63,785 nt of DNA from Gracilinanus agilis. Its lineage: Eukaryota. The stretch spans positions 232,119,241 to 232,183,025 of the forward strand of contig NC_058134.1 of assembly GCF_016433145.1 (NCBI RefSeq), read 5' to 3'. The translations under genes were made by a program, and so were the position numbers. The notes under the pieces were generated by a model, which was not told the origin of the DNA, made no database searches, and saw nothing but the letters and a program-made list of their open reading frames with translations. Shown piece by piece: positions 11,530 through 25,380 of the stretch; position 1 is the first letter of the stretch; every line of letters begins with the position of its first letter.

Positions 11530-13290
11530 CCTTTCCACATCAGATTTATTGAATCACTCAATAAATGCCTGAATTGAGTTGAAGCAGGCCAAATTGAGGG
11601 GTTTTTAGCGTTCTTTTTTTCCCTAAATGTTAGCTTTCCCCGGTAGGACAGAATGCTTGTATTTTCTCTTTGGTGAAAGTCGTAGACTTCCAAAGAGATA
11701 GCAGCTCTCTTTTTTCTAAAATGATGACCTACTGTCAGACAGGAAGCAATTAGATGAAACTGATGCCTGTTAAGGTGAAACAAGGGATGGAAAGGAGCCA
11801 TTTCTGTTTGTATGATTCAATATACATCTCCCACAGCCTCCAAAAAGGCTTCCCTGAAAGGCATGAGACCAGGACTGTGGTACAGTGGAGAGGAGGGAGT
11901 TACAGCTTGGTTCAAACTCGGGTTCAGATCCTGGCTCTGGGACTTTATGTGTGACCAGGGCAAAACCACTTCTCTGGGCATCTGTAAAATCAAGGCGTAG
12001 GACTAGATGACCTTGGTGGTCCCTTCCAGCTCTTGACTGAAGCCCCCCCGTGATCCAAGGACTGTATACTAGAAAGTGTGGCTTTCAGAAACTCTTTTGC
12101 CTCCTGCAAGGTAATATGAAATGAAGCATAGTGAAGAGGGACCAAATATACCTAATGCTGAAAATAGAATCTTGAATAATAAATAAATTATTTCCAATAA
12201 TTAATTAATTAATCGGTTGATTAATAGTAAAAAAATTAAATCTTGAAAATAGAATTCTGATTTGGCTTGGCTGCACAGTCATTGGCAAAGACCTTTTCCC
12301 TCTCCAGATACACAGAGGATCTACGCTCTTGAGGGCTACCGATTTTTTCACCTGTCTGGACCTCCAGGCACAGAGCAGTTAATCAGAGCACGCAAAGTTG
12401 GACCTCAAGATAGTTAAAGTAGCAAAACAAAGCCCATGTTCTTTCTGTTGTCTTAATGGCCAAATTGGAGGCGATCTCCGGCAGCCCAATAAATTACTCA
12501 GCAGTGAGCTCAGAATGACCACTGAGTAATCAATTTGGCACTGCATAGAGAAACAGGAGCACTAATTACCCAAGACATGGCAAGCAACATGCAGACTTTC
12601 TAAATGGAAGCCTTTGTATTCAAATTCTTTGAGACAGAGTGATTGTTGAAGATCTTAGTCCTCTAGAACAAGTAGAAGAAAAAAATCAGCACTTATTGAT
12701 TTGAGATTTTTTTTTTGCAAATATGCATGAAAATATGCATAATACCTGTGAAAGTATAAGAAAACATTAATTTTTTATTGCGGTATGAAGGACAGAAAGA
12801 GACAAGCATTTATTTTAAATGCCTACTAGGCCTGATAGGCACCAGTTTAACATTTGACCCTCACAATAGGTAGTTTCTATTTTTATCCTCATTTTACAGT
12901 TGGGGAAACTGAGTCAGGCCTGAGCTTACATGACTAGCTCTGAAGTGTTTGAAGCTGGATTTGAACTCAAGTCCTCTTGACTCCCAAGCCTAGCACACCA
13001 CCGTACCACCTAGCCATCTGTGGTACCTGAATCAGGAGAGGAAAAGGTTTGTTTTCTTCTCTTCTTGGGGCCAAGCTTGTTCACCATAATTGCACATGGC
13101 ATTTGACTTCTTGCTCTCTTTTTTCTTCTTTCCATGTAAACATTTGTTATTTTTTGTACTTATTTCTGCTCTTGTCCTCACTCCTCTTTGCATTCCTTCA
13201 TGGACGTCTTCCTATGTCTCTCTGGAGTTCTTCACTTTTCCCCCATGTTCCTTTGGACAGTCTATAAAGGACCTCTTCTCCGAGAATTGT

Positions 13291-13468
13291 TTTTTTTTTT
13301 TAACTTCTGAGTATTGGCTCTTAGGTGGAAGATTGGTAAGGGTAGGCAATGGGGGTCAAGTGACTTGCCCAGGGTCACACAGCTGGGAAGTGTCTGAGGC
13401 CGGATTTGAACCTAGGACCTCCCATCTCTAGGCCTGGCTCTCAATCCACTGAGCTACCCAGCTGCCCC
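13291..13468 (-). mobile_element. Young SINE1-type element
   Basis: Reverse complement of the 601 element. T tract plus TSD gagaattgtttttt (from 13282 and 13469-13482). Confidence 0.9.
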
Positions 13469-15485
13469 GAGAATTGTTTTTTAATAGAAGGAAATGCTAC
13501 AATCTGATGACAGTTTAGTGTACATAAAGAATTTTTTTTTCTCATCTAAGTCCAAGAACCTCCTGAAATCTAACCATGAAACCATTAGGGATCCATATAG
13601 TAAAAATATATTTTTTAAAACCTTCCTTTTTGCAGAGCTCTTGGGGACTATAGTAATAAAAATAACAATAATAACAGTTAGCATTTATATAGCACCCACT
13701 ACATGCCAGGGACTATGCTAAGCATTTTACAAATATTATCTCCTCTCATCCTCACAGCAACCCAATGAAGTGGGTGCTATTATTATTCCCTTTTTATAGA
13801 TGAAGAAACTGAGGCAAACACTTACTTGTCCCAGTTAAGAATCCCTAATTTGGGGTTGGTTCATTTGGGGGCTTTTTTTGTAGAAACAAACCAAAAAGAG
13901 TAGCACAATATCTTTAACACAAATTAATCTGTGATAGCTCTTGAAATTAAGTCATGATGAGTAACAGTTCATGAAAGGAGAAGGGTGACTTCTAAAGATG
14001 AACTCTTCCTTCCTTTCCACCCAGAACACTGAAAATCCCATCATGGGATGAGAAAAAAGGGAGAAGCTAGAAAATTGGGGAAAAGGAATTTGAAGCAATT
14101 AGTGGGAAAAACCCTCTCCATGTCCATGAATTTTATCTTCCAGCCAACCTGGTCTCCTAGTTGTTCTGTAAAGGCCACGTTCCATCTCCCACCTCCTTTG
14201 TCCAGATCGTTCCACATGCCCCAAACTCATTTTTCCCTCACATCTAAGGAATTCCTTAACTTCCTTCAAGGCTCGACTCAAGTGCCACGTCTAGGACAAA
14301 GCCTTTCCTGATTCCTGTCCAATTATTAATGTTCTCTTTAAACTTTAATAAATCTTAAAGCGGCCCAGAGACTTTTGGGACATTCTAGATATAGTATATG
14401 GAGGCAGTCATGTCTGTCTTGTCTCCCTCGTTATAATGTTAGCTCCGGGAGGACTGGGACTGGATTTGCCGATGTTTGTATCTCCGGTATTGATCACCCT
14501 GCTAGGGCACAGCATGTTTAATAAATGTTTGTTGCCCGAGTCCAGGACTTTGGTATTTAAGGGCTCGTGCCAAATGAAGGCTTGGTTTTTATCTTGGGAT
14601 TTCAGGAAGTCTCAAATAGAATGGAACCCATCTGGCAGCAGGTAAGGCATTATTGGGGAAAATAGCTGTGGAGGGCCCACTGTGCAAAAACTACCTTATT
14701 AACAAATTTCGCCCACCGTAGGCAAATACCTCCCTGGCACTGCCAGCTGTATAAAAATAATTCAACCATTTTTCATCATCTGTTGTTATTCTAGCCAGTT
14801 TAATTTGACAATTATCATGAAGTGAAAAATGAGTAATTTCTCCCTGGGCGAGTGGTACTCTGTATCTGTAACGAGCTCAGTTACAATTGCAAACGAAACC
14901 CAATTTTCTACCAAGTGGCTGATCATTATTTCTCCCTTTGGTTCTCCCAAGGATCGCTCTAATTGTAATGAATTACTTGGGTCCTTATGGATGTGCTGTT
15001 TCCATTGGGTGATACAGCCCAGACCTCATAGAGGGGTCCTGGGGTAAACGCCATCCTTATTTGTTTTTGGTTTTTTCCATATTTCCTACCTAAACCCTAT
15101 AATTACGATCCAGAAGGCTGCCTGTAGTCTACCCATTCATCTGCTTTGCCCGAGTCTTTTTCTTATGGTGAAGAGAATAGGTTCAGTATTTGACTTTGTG
15201 GAGCAGAAAGAAGGTTCTGGACCTGTGATTTCATCAGAGTAGACGATTCCCAGTGTGGAAAATCCTTCCACCAGTCAACCAATCCACAACCATTTATTAA
15301 ATACCTATCATGGCTGAGACTTTTTGTTCCACCAATTTGCTGACATCGAGTTTTCAATGTGGCATCCTGAATTAAACTTGGCACCCCAGGGATTTTGTTT
15401 GTCTTTTTTTTTTTTACTGAATCCATGATTTCATCAACATAGAAAGGCCCTAGTGAAGAATTCCCAATAAACAAGATAGATAAAC

Positions 15486-15522
<37 letters not shown>

Positions 15523-15844
15523 AATTTAGACTAGTAGAGTTTTGTCTGGAGTCACTCAGAGGTTGTGACTTCTCTAGGGTCACCAAATCAATAAGTAACA
15601 GGCAGGATTTGAACCTAAGTCTTGCTGACTGAAGCCAGTTCTCTATCTATGATGTGAACTGCCTTCTCTCCCTCCAAAGGATCTCTAACCAATTCAAAGG
15701 ACAGCAAGGCTGGTACCTTCCTCATTCCAAACCCGTTCCTGATATTGCTACAGCCTAAAGCAATACAACTAAAAACCAATTAATACAAATAACAAAATCT
15801 GTGAAGTAATCACATTACTTGAATTTGTACTGTATATTTCCTTT

Positions 15845-16092
15845 GTGGACAACTCGGTGACACAGTGCACAGAGCACCACACCTGGAGACAGAAAGACTC
15901 CTCTTCCTAAGTTCAAATCTGGCCTCGGACACTTGCTACCTGGGTGATCCTGGGCAAGTCACTTAACCCTGTTTGCCTCAGTTTCCTCATCTATAAAATG
16001 ATAGCCAACCACTCCAGTATCTTTGTCCAAAACAAAGAAAAATGAGGTCACAAAAAAGTAAGTAAGACACAACAGAAAAACTACTGAACAGC
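15845..16092 (+). mobile_element. MAR1 CORE-SINE
   Basis: Head, core and tail motifs as in the other copies. Confidence 0.8.
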
Positions 16093-17884
16093 ATTTCCAT
16101 TGGGTTGGAACCAATTATTATATTTTCCATAATCATACTTTAAATATTGAGGACTCAAATAAGCTTTTTGGGGAGGGCTGCCACATGATACTTTTGATCC
16201 ACTTTGTCCACTGTTTTGTCCCATTTTACAGATGAGGAAGTTGAAGAAAAATGTTTTTCACATGAAATACCATCTAGCTATAACCTCCTCTATATATGTG
16301 ATTATGGCAACATAGTGAAGAGAGTTGAACTTGGAATCAGCAACACCTGAGTTCAGATCCTTCCCTAGACACTTAGTTGCTGTATGATCCTGGGCACGTC
16401 CCCTTAACTTTATCAACAAAGCAAGTAGGTTGGACTCAATGGTCTCTGTGGTCTCTTCCAGTCCTAGATCTTTGCTCCTACTAATTATTGTGATATTGAT
16501 GCATTGTTAAGTCAACTGCAAGACTTTACTTATCCCTCTCCAATTCTGCCAGCTTAGACTTGGCTCTGCATTTCAGCCTGCCGAGTGAGATGATGAGGGA
16601 CTATGAAACTCTCCCCATCGGTTTAGCAGGCTCTCCTGTCTTCATGTTCTCGGCACAGTCGGTGTGCCTTCCAAGCTCTATCTTCCTCCTAGTCCTTAAT
16701 AACATTTCCAGACAGAACTGACAGGGGTGGAACCCTACAACATGCCACCACAGTTTTCCCTTTTGATTGAAAAAATGATAAGAGCCTATTTGTTTTATAG
16801 GGGTTCGTCAATCCACAAAATGCACTTCATCCCACCACCTTCCAAAGCAGTCCTGGGAGGAAGGGAAGGAGCACAGATATTTTTATCTTCATTCTACAAT
16901 TGAGCAAATCAAGTTTCAAATAGACACAGTGACGTGTTAGTCCCCATGTATCCAGAACATCCTCCCTTCTCATTTTTGCTTCCCATAATCCCTAGATTCC
17001 AATCCTCCAGGCTCAGCTGAAATAGTACTTTCTACAAAAGGCCTTTCCTGACACACACATACCCCATTGTTAGTGCTCCCACCCCAAAAGAAATTATATT
17101 TAATTTATGTTTTCTTTTTTGTGTACATGTGGTTTCCTTCTGGTAAAATGTAAACTCCATGTGGGCAGGGACGGTTTAATCTTTGTCTTTGCATTCCCAA
17201 TGCCTAACACATAGTAGGTGCTTAGGAATGCTCATTAACTTTTTGCTTGTTTATTGAATTGTTAGAGGTAGGGTTCATGGTCCAAACTTAGCATGAGGAC
17301 ACTGTAATCAAGGTCTTGTACATGCATATTTTTGTTCAAGCATTTGTGACTCTGGGTGACAAGATGGTCCCTCTGTCCCCGCTTAATTCGAGAAACAAAC
17401 TGGAGTCGGGAAGATTTTAGTTTGGGTCCCTCCGACTCTTGACATCCTGATTGTGCAATCTTAGGCAGATCCAACAGCCTCCCGTGGTCCAAGGCAGCTC
17501 TTTCAGACAAGTTTCAGACAAGTGTCAATCTGTTTTTCTTCATTGGGAGCTTCCTACCCTGATGAAATCCCAGCCTGAATCAAAATAAAAAACATCAGAA
17601 AGGTCAGCAGAGTTTGTAAAATGCTTTGCTACAGGCCAGATATAAGGTTTCACTTGGTGTTTCTCTGACCATGGGATTGCAAAGCTGGTAAAACCTTAAA
17701 GCCCATCTAGTCTGTTGCTTGGACAGCTAAGTGATGCAGTACATAGAATGCCAAGCCTGGAGTCAGGAAGACTCTTCTTCATGAGTTCAAAATCTGACCT
17801 CAGATACTTACTAGCTATGTGACCCTTGGGCAGATCACTTACCCCTGCTCACCTCAGTTTCCTCATTTATAAAACCAGCTGAAA

Positions 17885-18063
17885 GGGGGCAGCTGGGTGG
17901 CTCAGTGGATTGAGAGCCAGGCCTAGAGATGGGAGGTTCTAGGTTCAAAACTGGCCTCAGACACTTCCTAGCTGTGTGACTCTGAGCAAGTCCCTTAACC
18001 CCCTTGGCTAGCCCTTACTGTTCTTCTGCCTTGAAGCCAACCAAGACAGAAGGTAAGGGTTCA

Positions 18064-18108
<45 letters not shown>

Positions 18109-18127
18109 TAAATGAACAAATAAATAA
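17885..18127 (+). mobile_element. SINE1-type element with (GATA/GACA)n tail, inserted into a MAR1
   Basis: gggggcagctgggtggctcagtgg head. The tail runs into an N gap, and MAR1 sequence resumes at 18312. Confidence 0.85.
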
Positions 18128-18311
18128 NNNNNNNNNNNNNNNNNNNNNNNNNNNNNNNNNNNNNNNNNNNNNNNNNNNNNNNNNNNNNNNNNNNNNNNNN
18201 NNNNNNNNNNNNNNNNNNNNNNNNNNNNNNNNNNNNNNNNNNNNNNNNNNNNNNNNNNNNNNNNNNNNNNNNNNNNNNNNNNNNNNNNNNNNNNNNNNNN
18301 NNNNNNNNNNN
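18128..18311. other. Assembly gap (N run)
   Basis: Seen directly. Confidence 0.99.
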
Positions 18312-21300
18312 GGAAATAGCAAAACACTCCAGTATCTTTGCCAAATGGGGCCATGAAGAGTTGAACATAATAGAAACAACTGAATAACAACAACAAAAGT
18401 CTGATCCTCTCATTTTATAGGTGGGGAAACTGAGGTCCTGAAGTTTTAATTAATTCACTTAAGGTCCCATGATGCCATACTGCTCGATTCAGCCAACTCT
18501 CATTTATTAAACACTGGCTATGCCAGAGGTGCACCATGATATAGTCAATGGAGGACCAAACTTGAAGCAAGGAAGACCTTGAGTTCAAAACTTGCCTGAC
18601 TATCTGAAGGATCCTGGGCAAATCAGTTAAATGCTGTATTACTCCGTTACCTCCTCTATAAGGTGAAAGATTTAGATCAGATGGACTCTAAGGACCCTTC
18701 CGAATCTAAATCTATGATCCTAGCCATGTGTCACTTCTTTGGACGCTAGGCAAAACTCTACAACTAGAAGTTTCAGAAGAGTAGCCGATCTGCATTGGGA
18801 GAAGGTGTTTCCACACAGGGAGTTCTATACAATAGTCAATTTACCAGTCCTGGCCCTACTCTTTCCTTGGCTCCCTCCAAAAAAAAAAAAAATGGCAAAG
18901 TACCACAGTGAGCTCTGACATTTATTCCTCCACCCTTGTCCTAATTGGTTTCTATGTCTCGTCTCCATAACTAGATGGTAATCTCCATGAGATCTCCATC
19001 AACGTGGCTCTGCCATTATTTGTCCAGCTTTGTACTCCATCCCTAAGCACAGTTGAATCCAATTGAAATCTGCAGCTAATTTCTTGAAAACCTCACTTCA
19101 GCTAATATTTGCCACTTCCTCCCACATCCAGCTTTTTCACCAGACCTGCTGACAAGAGACATAATCAACTGATGAGAATTTCATCTCTTTTCCCTCCTCT
19201 GCTCGAGTCGCTGCTAAGACTCAGTGAATTGTCTATAACAATCTAAAAATTAGCAATATAAAAAAAATCATGTGCAAACAGGCAACATGAGCCCAGGAGT
19301 AAGTGTCAGGAGAAGGACTACAGACCCTGGATAAAACATAAATCGATAACTAAGCTTTGATGTAGCTAGAATTGTCTTAGCAGATTAAGTGGCTCCTGAA
19401 AGCCCCACTCTGCAAACTTCCTTATATTAATAGAGAAAGGCAGAGGATCATAGATTTAGAATCAGCAGAAATATCAGAAGATTTTGTAAAATCCTTTACT
19501 ACAACCCAGATATAAGATTTCTCTTGGTGTTTCTCTGATCATGGCATTCCAGAGCCAGTGGAAACTTAGAGTTGGCATAGTGGATAGAGATGCCAAGCCT
19601 GCAGTCAAGAAGACCCAAGTTCAAATCTGGTCTCAGACACTTACCATCTGTGTGACTCTGAAAAAGTCACTTCACTTCCATCTGCCTCAGTCTCCTCATC
19701 TGTAAAATTAGAATAAGCATCTACCTCATCAGGTTGTTGTAAGGTTCCAATGAGATTATATTTGTAAAGTCCTTAACACAGTGCCTGGCACATAGTTTGG
19801 TAATGAATAAATTCTCATTCCCTCCCCACCCTGCCTAGAGGGATGTAAATGTTGCATGTAGATGCACACGTGTTTTGCATATATCTATATATCTGGATGC
19901 ACACAGAAGCTTAATGAATCCTGGTAACCGTGCCGTCTACAAATTGAGACCATCTGGACCACAATGTTGCATATTAGGAAAGAGTACGTAATCTCAATTA
20001 TCCAAGGAAAATCAATCGTGGAGTGCCCTGGATAGTTGATAACTTGGGCAATAAAAGAAAAATGAACTCTGGAGTACTCTGCCAGCCTCTTAAAATTCAG
20101 GTCACGTTGCCCATTGGTAGTATGCTGCATAAATGCTCGAGCTGGGAGATGAGGTTGGCATGATCCCAGGTCTGCCAGAACTGCCTCAGATGTGGCTTAG
20201 AGCGTACAAGGCCCTTTTTTTATGCCCTGGTTCCTTTTTTCCCTTGAATGATCCAGAAGCTTCAGGAAGTAGAGTTTCTACTATAGAGACTAAATGGATC
20301 CAGAAATTATATTATAGAGGAGGCCTCTAGATTTAGAGCTGGAAGGAACCTCAGAAACCACCTATTCTAGTTGCCTCCTTCATGAAGATGAAATGAAGAA
20401 ATGGAGGCACAGAGAAGTGAAGTGATTGTTATAATCACAGGGTCATAGATCTAGTAATGGAAAGAGCCTCAGAAGAGCCATCTAGTCCAACTCCCTCATT
20501 TGACAGTTGAGGAAATGGAGGCCCAGTGAATTTCTTTAGTAGAAGAAATGAAAAGAAATAGAGCATTTATCTTCCTGTAATATTTTATTGTATTTTTTCC
20601 CCAATTACAGGTAGGAACAATTTTTTTAACATTTGTTTTCTGACATTTTGCATTCTACGAGAAGGCTGATAATCTGTAAAATAGGACATTTTTCAGCATT
20701 ACTAAGAGGCTTGCTCAGGATTATACATAGGGAATATTCAGCAGTCAGGACTGACACTAAAATCCTCTGATATTAGAGTTAGTGGAGATTACATTTAATG
20801 AGTATTTTCTCTTCTGAAGGTTTCTAATAAAGTCGTATCATTAGATCTGGAAAGAGCCTTATAGATCATCAAGTCCAGTACCTTCATTTTACATAGGAAG
20901 AAACTGAGGCCCACAGAGTTGAAGTGTCCAAGGTCACTCAAGTAGTAAATGACAGTGCCCAGGACTCATCCAAATTCTCCACCTACAGATCTTTCCTCTG
21001 AGAATTGTTTTCCTCTTGCTACAAGATAATTTCCCATGGCCTTCCAGCTCCCAACCATGTTAACCACTTCCTCCAACCTTAGAGTTTTAGAATTTCTAAA
21101 CCAGTGGTGTCAAACTCATATAAAATTGACACTTTGCAATCAGATAGGAACTGCATTTTCATCTGGTTCCAGCCACATTTGGAAGTATGGTGGACTGCCT
21201 ACTATACTCCTTTGGTCTCTACCATCTTTTTTCTTTCTTCCTTCCTTCCTTCCTTCCTTTCTTTCTTTCTTTCTTTCTTTTTTTCTATCTGTCTCACTAG

Positions 21301-22499
21301 TTTAGTTACTGAAGTTGTAGGATTTAGAACATGCTAGGCAACAGATCCCTTGTCTTTTGGTGGCATCTGCCATACAGAATGGTATCTGCTGAGCTACAAT
21401 GGGAAAAAAAAGCAGTTGAATAGAAAAACAATAGCAGACGGAACAAGCAATCAGGAATCAGAGAGTCTAGTCGAGTGAGGGGAGGGGGCAGTTCAGACAA
21501 GGTAGGTAGAGGAGAAGAAGTTCCAGATGGCAGGATCATAAGGAAGTCTCTCATCACAACCATGCTAGAATGATGTGAAGAAAATGGAGGTGCTAAATGG
21601 CAAGATTCGGTTCAATGTTAAATTGAAGCATTTATTAAGCTCTTGCCATGTGCTAGGCTTTCTGTTAAGTCCTGGGAATACACAGCCAAAAGGTAAGTGA
21701 ATCTGGGTCCTCAAGGAGCTGAATTCTTAAGTTATAGAAGAAGAAAAGTATGGAAGAACAAGAGGAATTTTAAAGATAGAAGAGCCTCTATTAGTAACAA
21801 AATAGTTACTAAAATAAGTAGAAAAATGAAAAGAAATAGGGCACTTATTAACATAATCATTAATTATTATTTTTAAAGCACCAGATGTGGAATCAGGAAG
21901 CCCTGATATTAAATGTGTCCTCACACACTTATTAGCTCTGTGGCCTTTGTCAGTTTACTTTACCCTGTTTGCCTCAGTTTCTTCATCTGTAAAATGAGCT
22001 GGAGAAGGAAATGACCAATCACTCCAATGTCTTTGCCAAGAAAACTCCAAACAGGGTCATAAAGAGTCAGACTGAAACGACTAAACAACAATAAATATCA
22101 CTAATGAAGAGTGGTATTGCATAGTGGATGAAGAACCAATATGGGGGTCAGGAAGATCTGCCTTCAAGAGCAACTCTTAACACTTGTTGGATGGGTGACC
22201 CTGAATAAGTCTCTCAATATCTTAATAAATATCTCAATATCTCAATATCTCTCAATACCCTTAAGTTAATACTCTGAGAATAAAGAGGCTGCCGGGAAAA
22301 CATCCCTGAAGTTGTAGTCCTGACAGTATGGGACTGTGATCCCCCCTCAGCCACTTAACTAGATATGAAACCCTGGGCAGATCAGGAAACTGTCTGGAAT
22401 TCAGTTTTTTTATTTTTAAACTAAAGTCATTGGACTTAGTAATTCTAAGGTACCTTTCAGTCCTAATTCTACAAATTCTCTGTGATCGAGTGAATATAA

Positions 22500-22800
22500 A
22501 TAATAGGTAGGTGGATTCATGGATGGACAGATGGCTAGATAGATATATGATGGAAGGACAGAAGAATGGATGGATAGATAATAGATGGATGAAAGGAAAG
22601 ATAGATCAATAGACAGATAGATAGAGAGATAAAAGATAGATCAATATATCAATAGATGAGAGAGAGATGAATGGATAGATGGATGAATAGATGGATAGTA
22701 GATAGATGATAGATCAATAGATACTATAGATACAATATACAATAGATACTATAGATACAAGATAATATAGACACAATAGATAGAACAATAGATAATAAAT
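22500..22800. repeat. Degenerate (GATA)n/(GGAT)n tract
   Basis: Seen directly. Confidence 0.85.
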
Positions 22801-23793
22801 GTCAGCCATTCTTACGGATTTGCTTTCCAAAGCATGTGCCGAGCTAACAGGCTCACCCAATTAACACAGGGGCTTTGGAGTCACAGGGCTTGGTTTTTCA
22901 AATACCATCTCTTGACTCTTACTACCTGTTGTAGCCCTGGGTGAATCATCTCCTCTCTCTTGGTCAAAGTTTCCTTCTTTGAAAATGAAGGTTTCCGTTG
23001 GCTTCTAAAATATCAGCAGCCCTGATTCTTTTGGCTTACAATATTTGTACCCTACCAGACTGTCCATTGTCTAGAATGTAGAGCAAGACAGATAAATTGC
23101 TCTTTGGTCGAAACAACTCTCTCCCTCTTAGAAGCTCAGACATATTTATTCTTTTTATTGCATAGTCTCGGCTCAAATTATCCACTGAGTGAATCCTACT
23201 GACCATTTCAGGCTTCCTTTCCCATTTACCCAGATATGAGAGGTACATTTTTCATCTTCCAGAGGTGTATGGAGGTGAGGTTACAAAGGCTTTAAATTTC
23301 TTCTCTCTGCCTTATTACACCCGCCAAAGCAATAGATGGACTGAATAGATGGGCTCTAGATTGGTAATTTGGAAGGATTTTTGTCTCAGTGGGTGACTCC
23401 ATCCACATAGGGGACTCCTGGAAAGAGAAACTTCTCTACAAATGCATATCAATCAGCCAATGAATAAGCTTTTACTGTGTCCCTATTACATGCCAGGTCC
23501 TGTACTAATCTGTGTGGATATAAAGCCCTGTGGATATACCCTTATTCTCAAGGAACTCGTACTGGAGTCTATGAGCATACAGATTAACCATCGTCTGTCT
23601 GTGAACCAGGAACTGTGCTTGCTACTGGGGATTAAAAATAAAAGAAAAATATTCCATGCTACCCAGGATCTTACAGGCTATTAAGGGAGAGTCCATGTAC
23701 ATATATAGGTATACATAAAATAAATGCAAGGTGGTTTGGGGAATTGGGAGGGCCCTGGCAGCTCAGTAGCTAATAACATTTGAGCTGACTCTT

Positions 23794-23978
23794 TTTTTTT
23801 TTAAACCCTTGTACTTCGGTGTATTGTCTCATAGGTGGAAGATTGGCAAGGGTGGGCAATGGGGGTCAAGTGACTTGCCCAGGGTCACACAGCTGGGAAG
23901 TGGCTGAGGCCGGGTTTGAACCTAGGACCTCCTGTCTCCAGGCCTGACTCTCACTCCACTGAGCTACCCAGCTGCCCC
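23794..23978 (-). mobile_element. Young SINE1-type element, same subfamily as the 601 copy
   Basis: 15-bp TSD tttgagctgactctt at 23779-23793 and 23979-23993. Shares diagnostic aaacccggcctcagccac and gagacaatacaccgaa with the 601 copy. Confidence 0.9.
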
Positions 23979-24349
23979 TTTGAGCTGACTCTTAAAGGAA
24001 AACAGAGAGTCTAGATAAGAATCTCTTCTTAAATGTAGGAGTCTTAGAGAGTTCCAAAATGGGGGAAGAATGAATTTAACAAGCTGAGATGACGGAGATA
24101 CAAGTAGGAAAAAAGTTCTGGAATTCTTATATTTGTAACGATAATGCTAGAAAGGATCTTAAAGGGCATTCAGTCCAACCCCCTCATTTTACTGATGAGG
24201 AAACCAAGCCAAGGAGACCAAGTGGCTTGCCCAAAGTCAAACAAGCAACAAATATCAGAGGTCACATTTGAACCCAAGACTTCTGACCCCCCTCGAAATC
24301 TAACACCTCTTTTCACCATTCCAAGGTAACACATCTGAGCTTAGAACCT

Positions 24350-24555
24350 TCCACTCTACAAGGGTTCTTAATATTTTTGTATGTCAAAGGTCTCTTTGGA
24401 AGTCTAGTGAAATCTGCGGATTCCTTCTTTTAAAAATGCTTTTTAAAAACATAAAATAAAGCCCACTGAAATACAAGGGAAAGCAGTTATAATGAAATCA
24501 TTTTTTTCAATAGTTTTTAAACATGTCCAGAGTTCCCAGGCGGAGTATCCCTGCC
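24350..24555. mobile_element. Degenerate hAT-Charlie-like MITE
   Basis: caagggttcttaat..ttttg..ctttggaagtctagtgaa..aaaataaa resembles mammalian Charlie/MER MITE ends. A related remnant lies near 44105-44300. Confidence 0.5.
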
Positions 24556-25099
24556 TCTCTTGTGGAAGGGGGTGATGGAAACTTTTCACATCTCACTAAA
24601 GGCTTATTGAGCCAAACTGAGTAACAAGGGTCGTCACTGGAATGGCTGCTCCTTGAGCAAAGAGATCATTTTCACTTTTCGTCTTTGTCTCACCAGCACC
24701 ATACCTGCCATTTTGGCATAACCAAAGAAGTTCGGGGTTACAGAGGTGTCTGCACTTCTCTGTCTACATTGACTCTCCTGCTCTCCCCACTAGAATGCCC
24801 GTTTCTTACTTACATGTTGGTATTATGCCTGGTGCATTGGAAGTGCTTGATAAGTGATTGCTGAACTGAGACTTGTGTTGAGCTGGGTAGTATTATTGTG
24901 TGGGGTATAAACCTCCATTCTCAATGTTTAAGGCCCTGCAAACATCACCCTATCTTCAATTTTGCACCAACCAGGCAGCTCTGCCCCAGAATGAGACCCA
25001 CAGACTTGTGTGGGATCCACTCTCTGCCTGGAAGACATCCAGAGAAGGGGGTGGGGGTGTGATTCTCTGAATACAGAGTGGGATCCTAAAACACAGGAT

Positions 25100-25380
25100 G
25101 GAGCTCCGCTTGTGCCACCGAAGGGGAAGGAAATCGTCAGAACAGTAGGAGGCTGTCAAGAAAGGGGGGGGAAGGATGAGGGGGGTAGGTGGGGAGGGGA
25201 GGACATCCCAGGGCTGAGTTTGGTGCCAACCAGCCCTAGCGAGGATGCTCCTCAGCATCTGGACATGTGTCCTCCCCGGGGATTTGTCTGGCTACATGTG
25301 TCGTTCTGCGTCTGTCAGCTAAATGCGGGCTCTGAAATATAACCGATGCAAGATGCAACGCTTGGGAACATGATGTGAGT
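25100..25380 (+). promoter_or_regulatory. Candidate CpG-retaining regulatory element or alternative first exon
   Basis: 15 CpGs in 25107-25482, a G4-like motif at 25164-25199, and a consensus-like donor GAT|GTGAGT at 25375. Confidence 0.35.

Noticed and set aside
12318-12410. Possible exon after ccttttccctctccag
   Set aside because: The phase-0 frame stops after 24 codons with no donor and no recognisable homology.
16570-16720. Possible exon after ctgcatttcag (LPSEMMRDYETLPIG...)
   Set aside because: It matches no ANKS1B peptide I recall, has no convincing donor, and the open frame is not phase 0.
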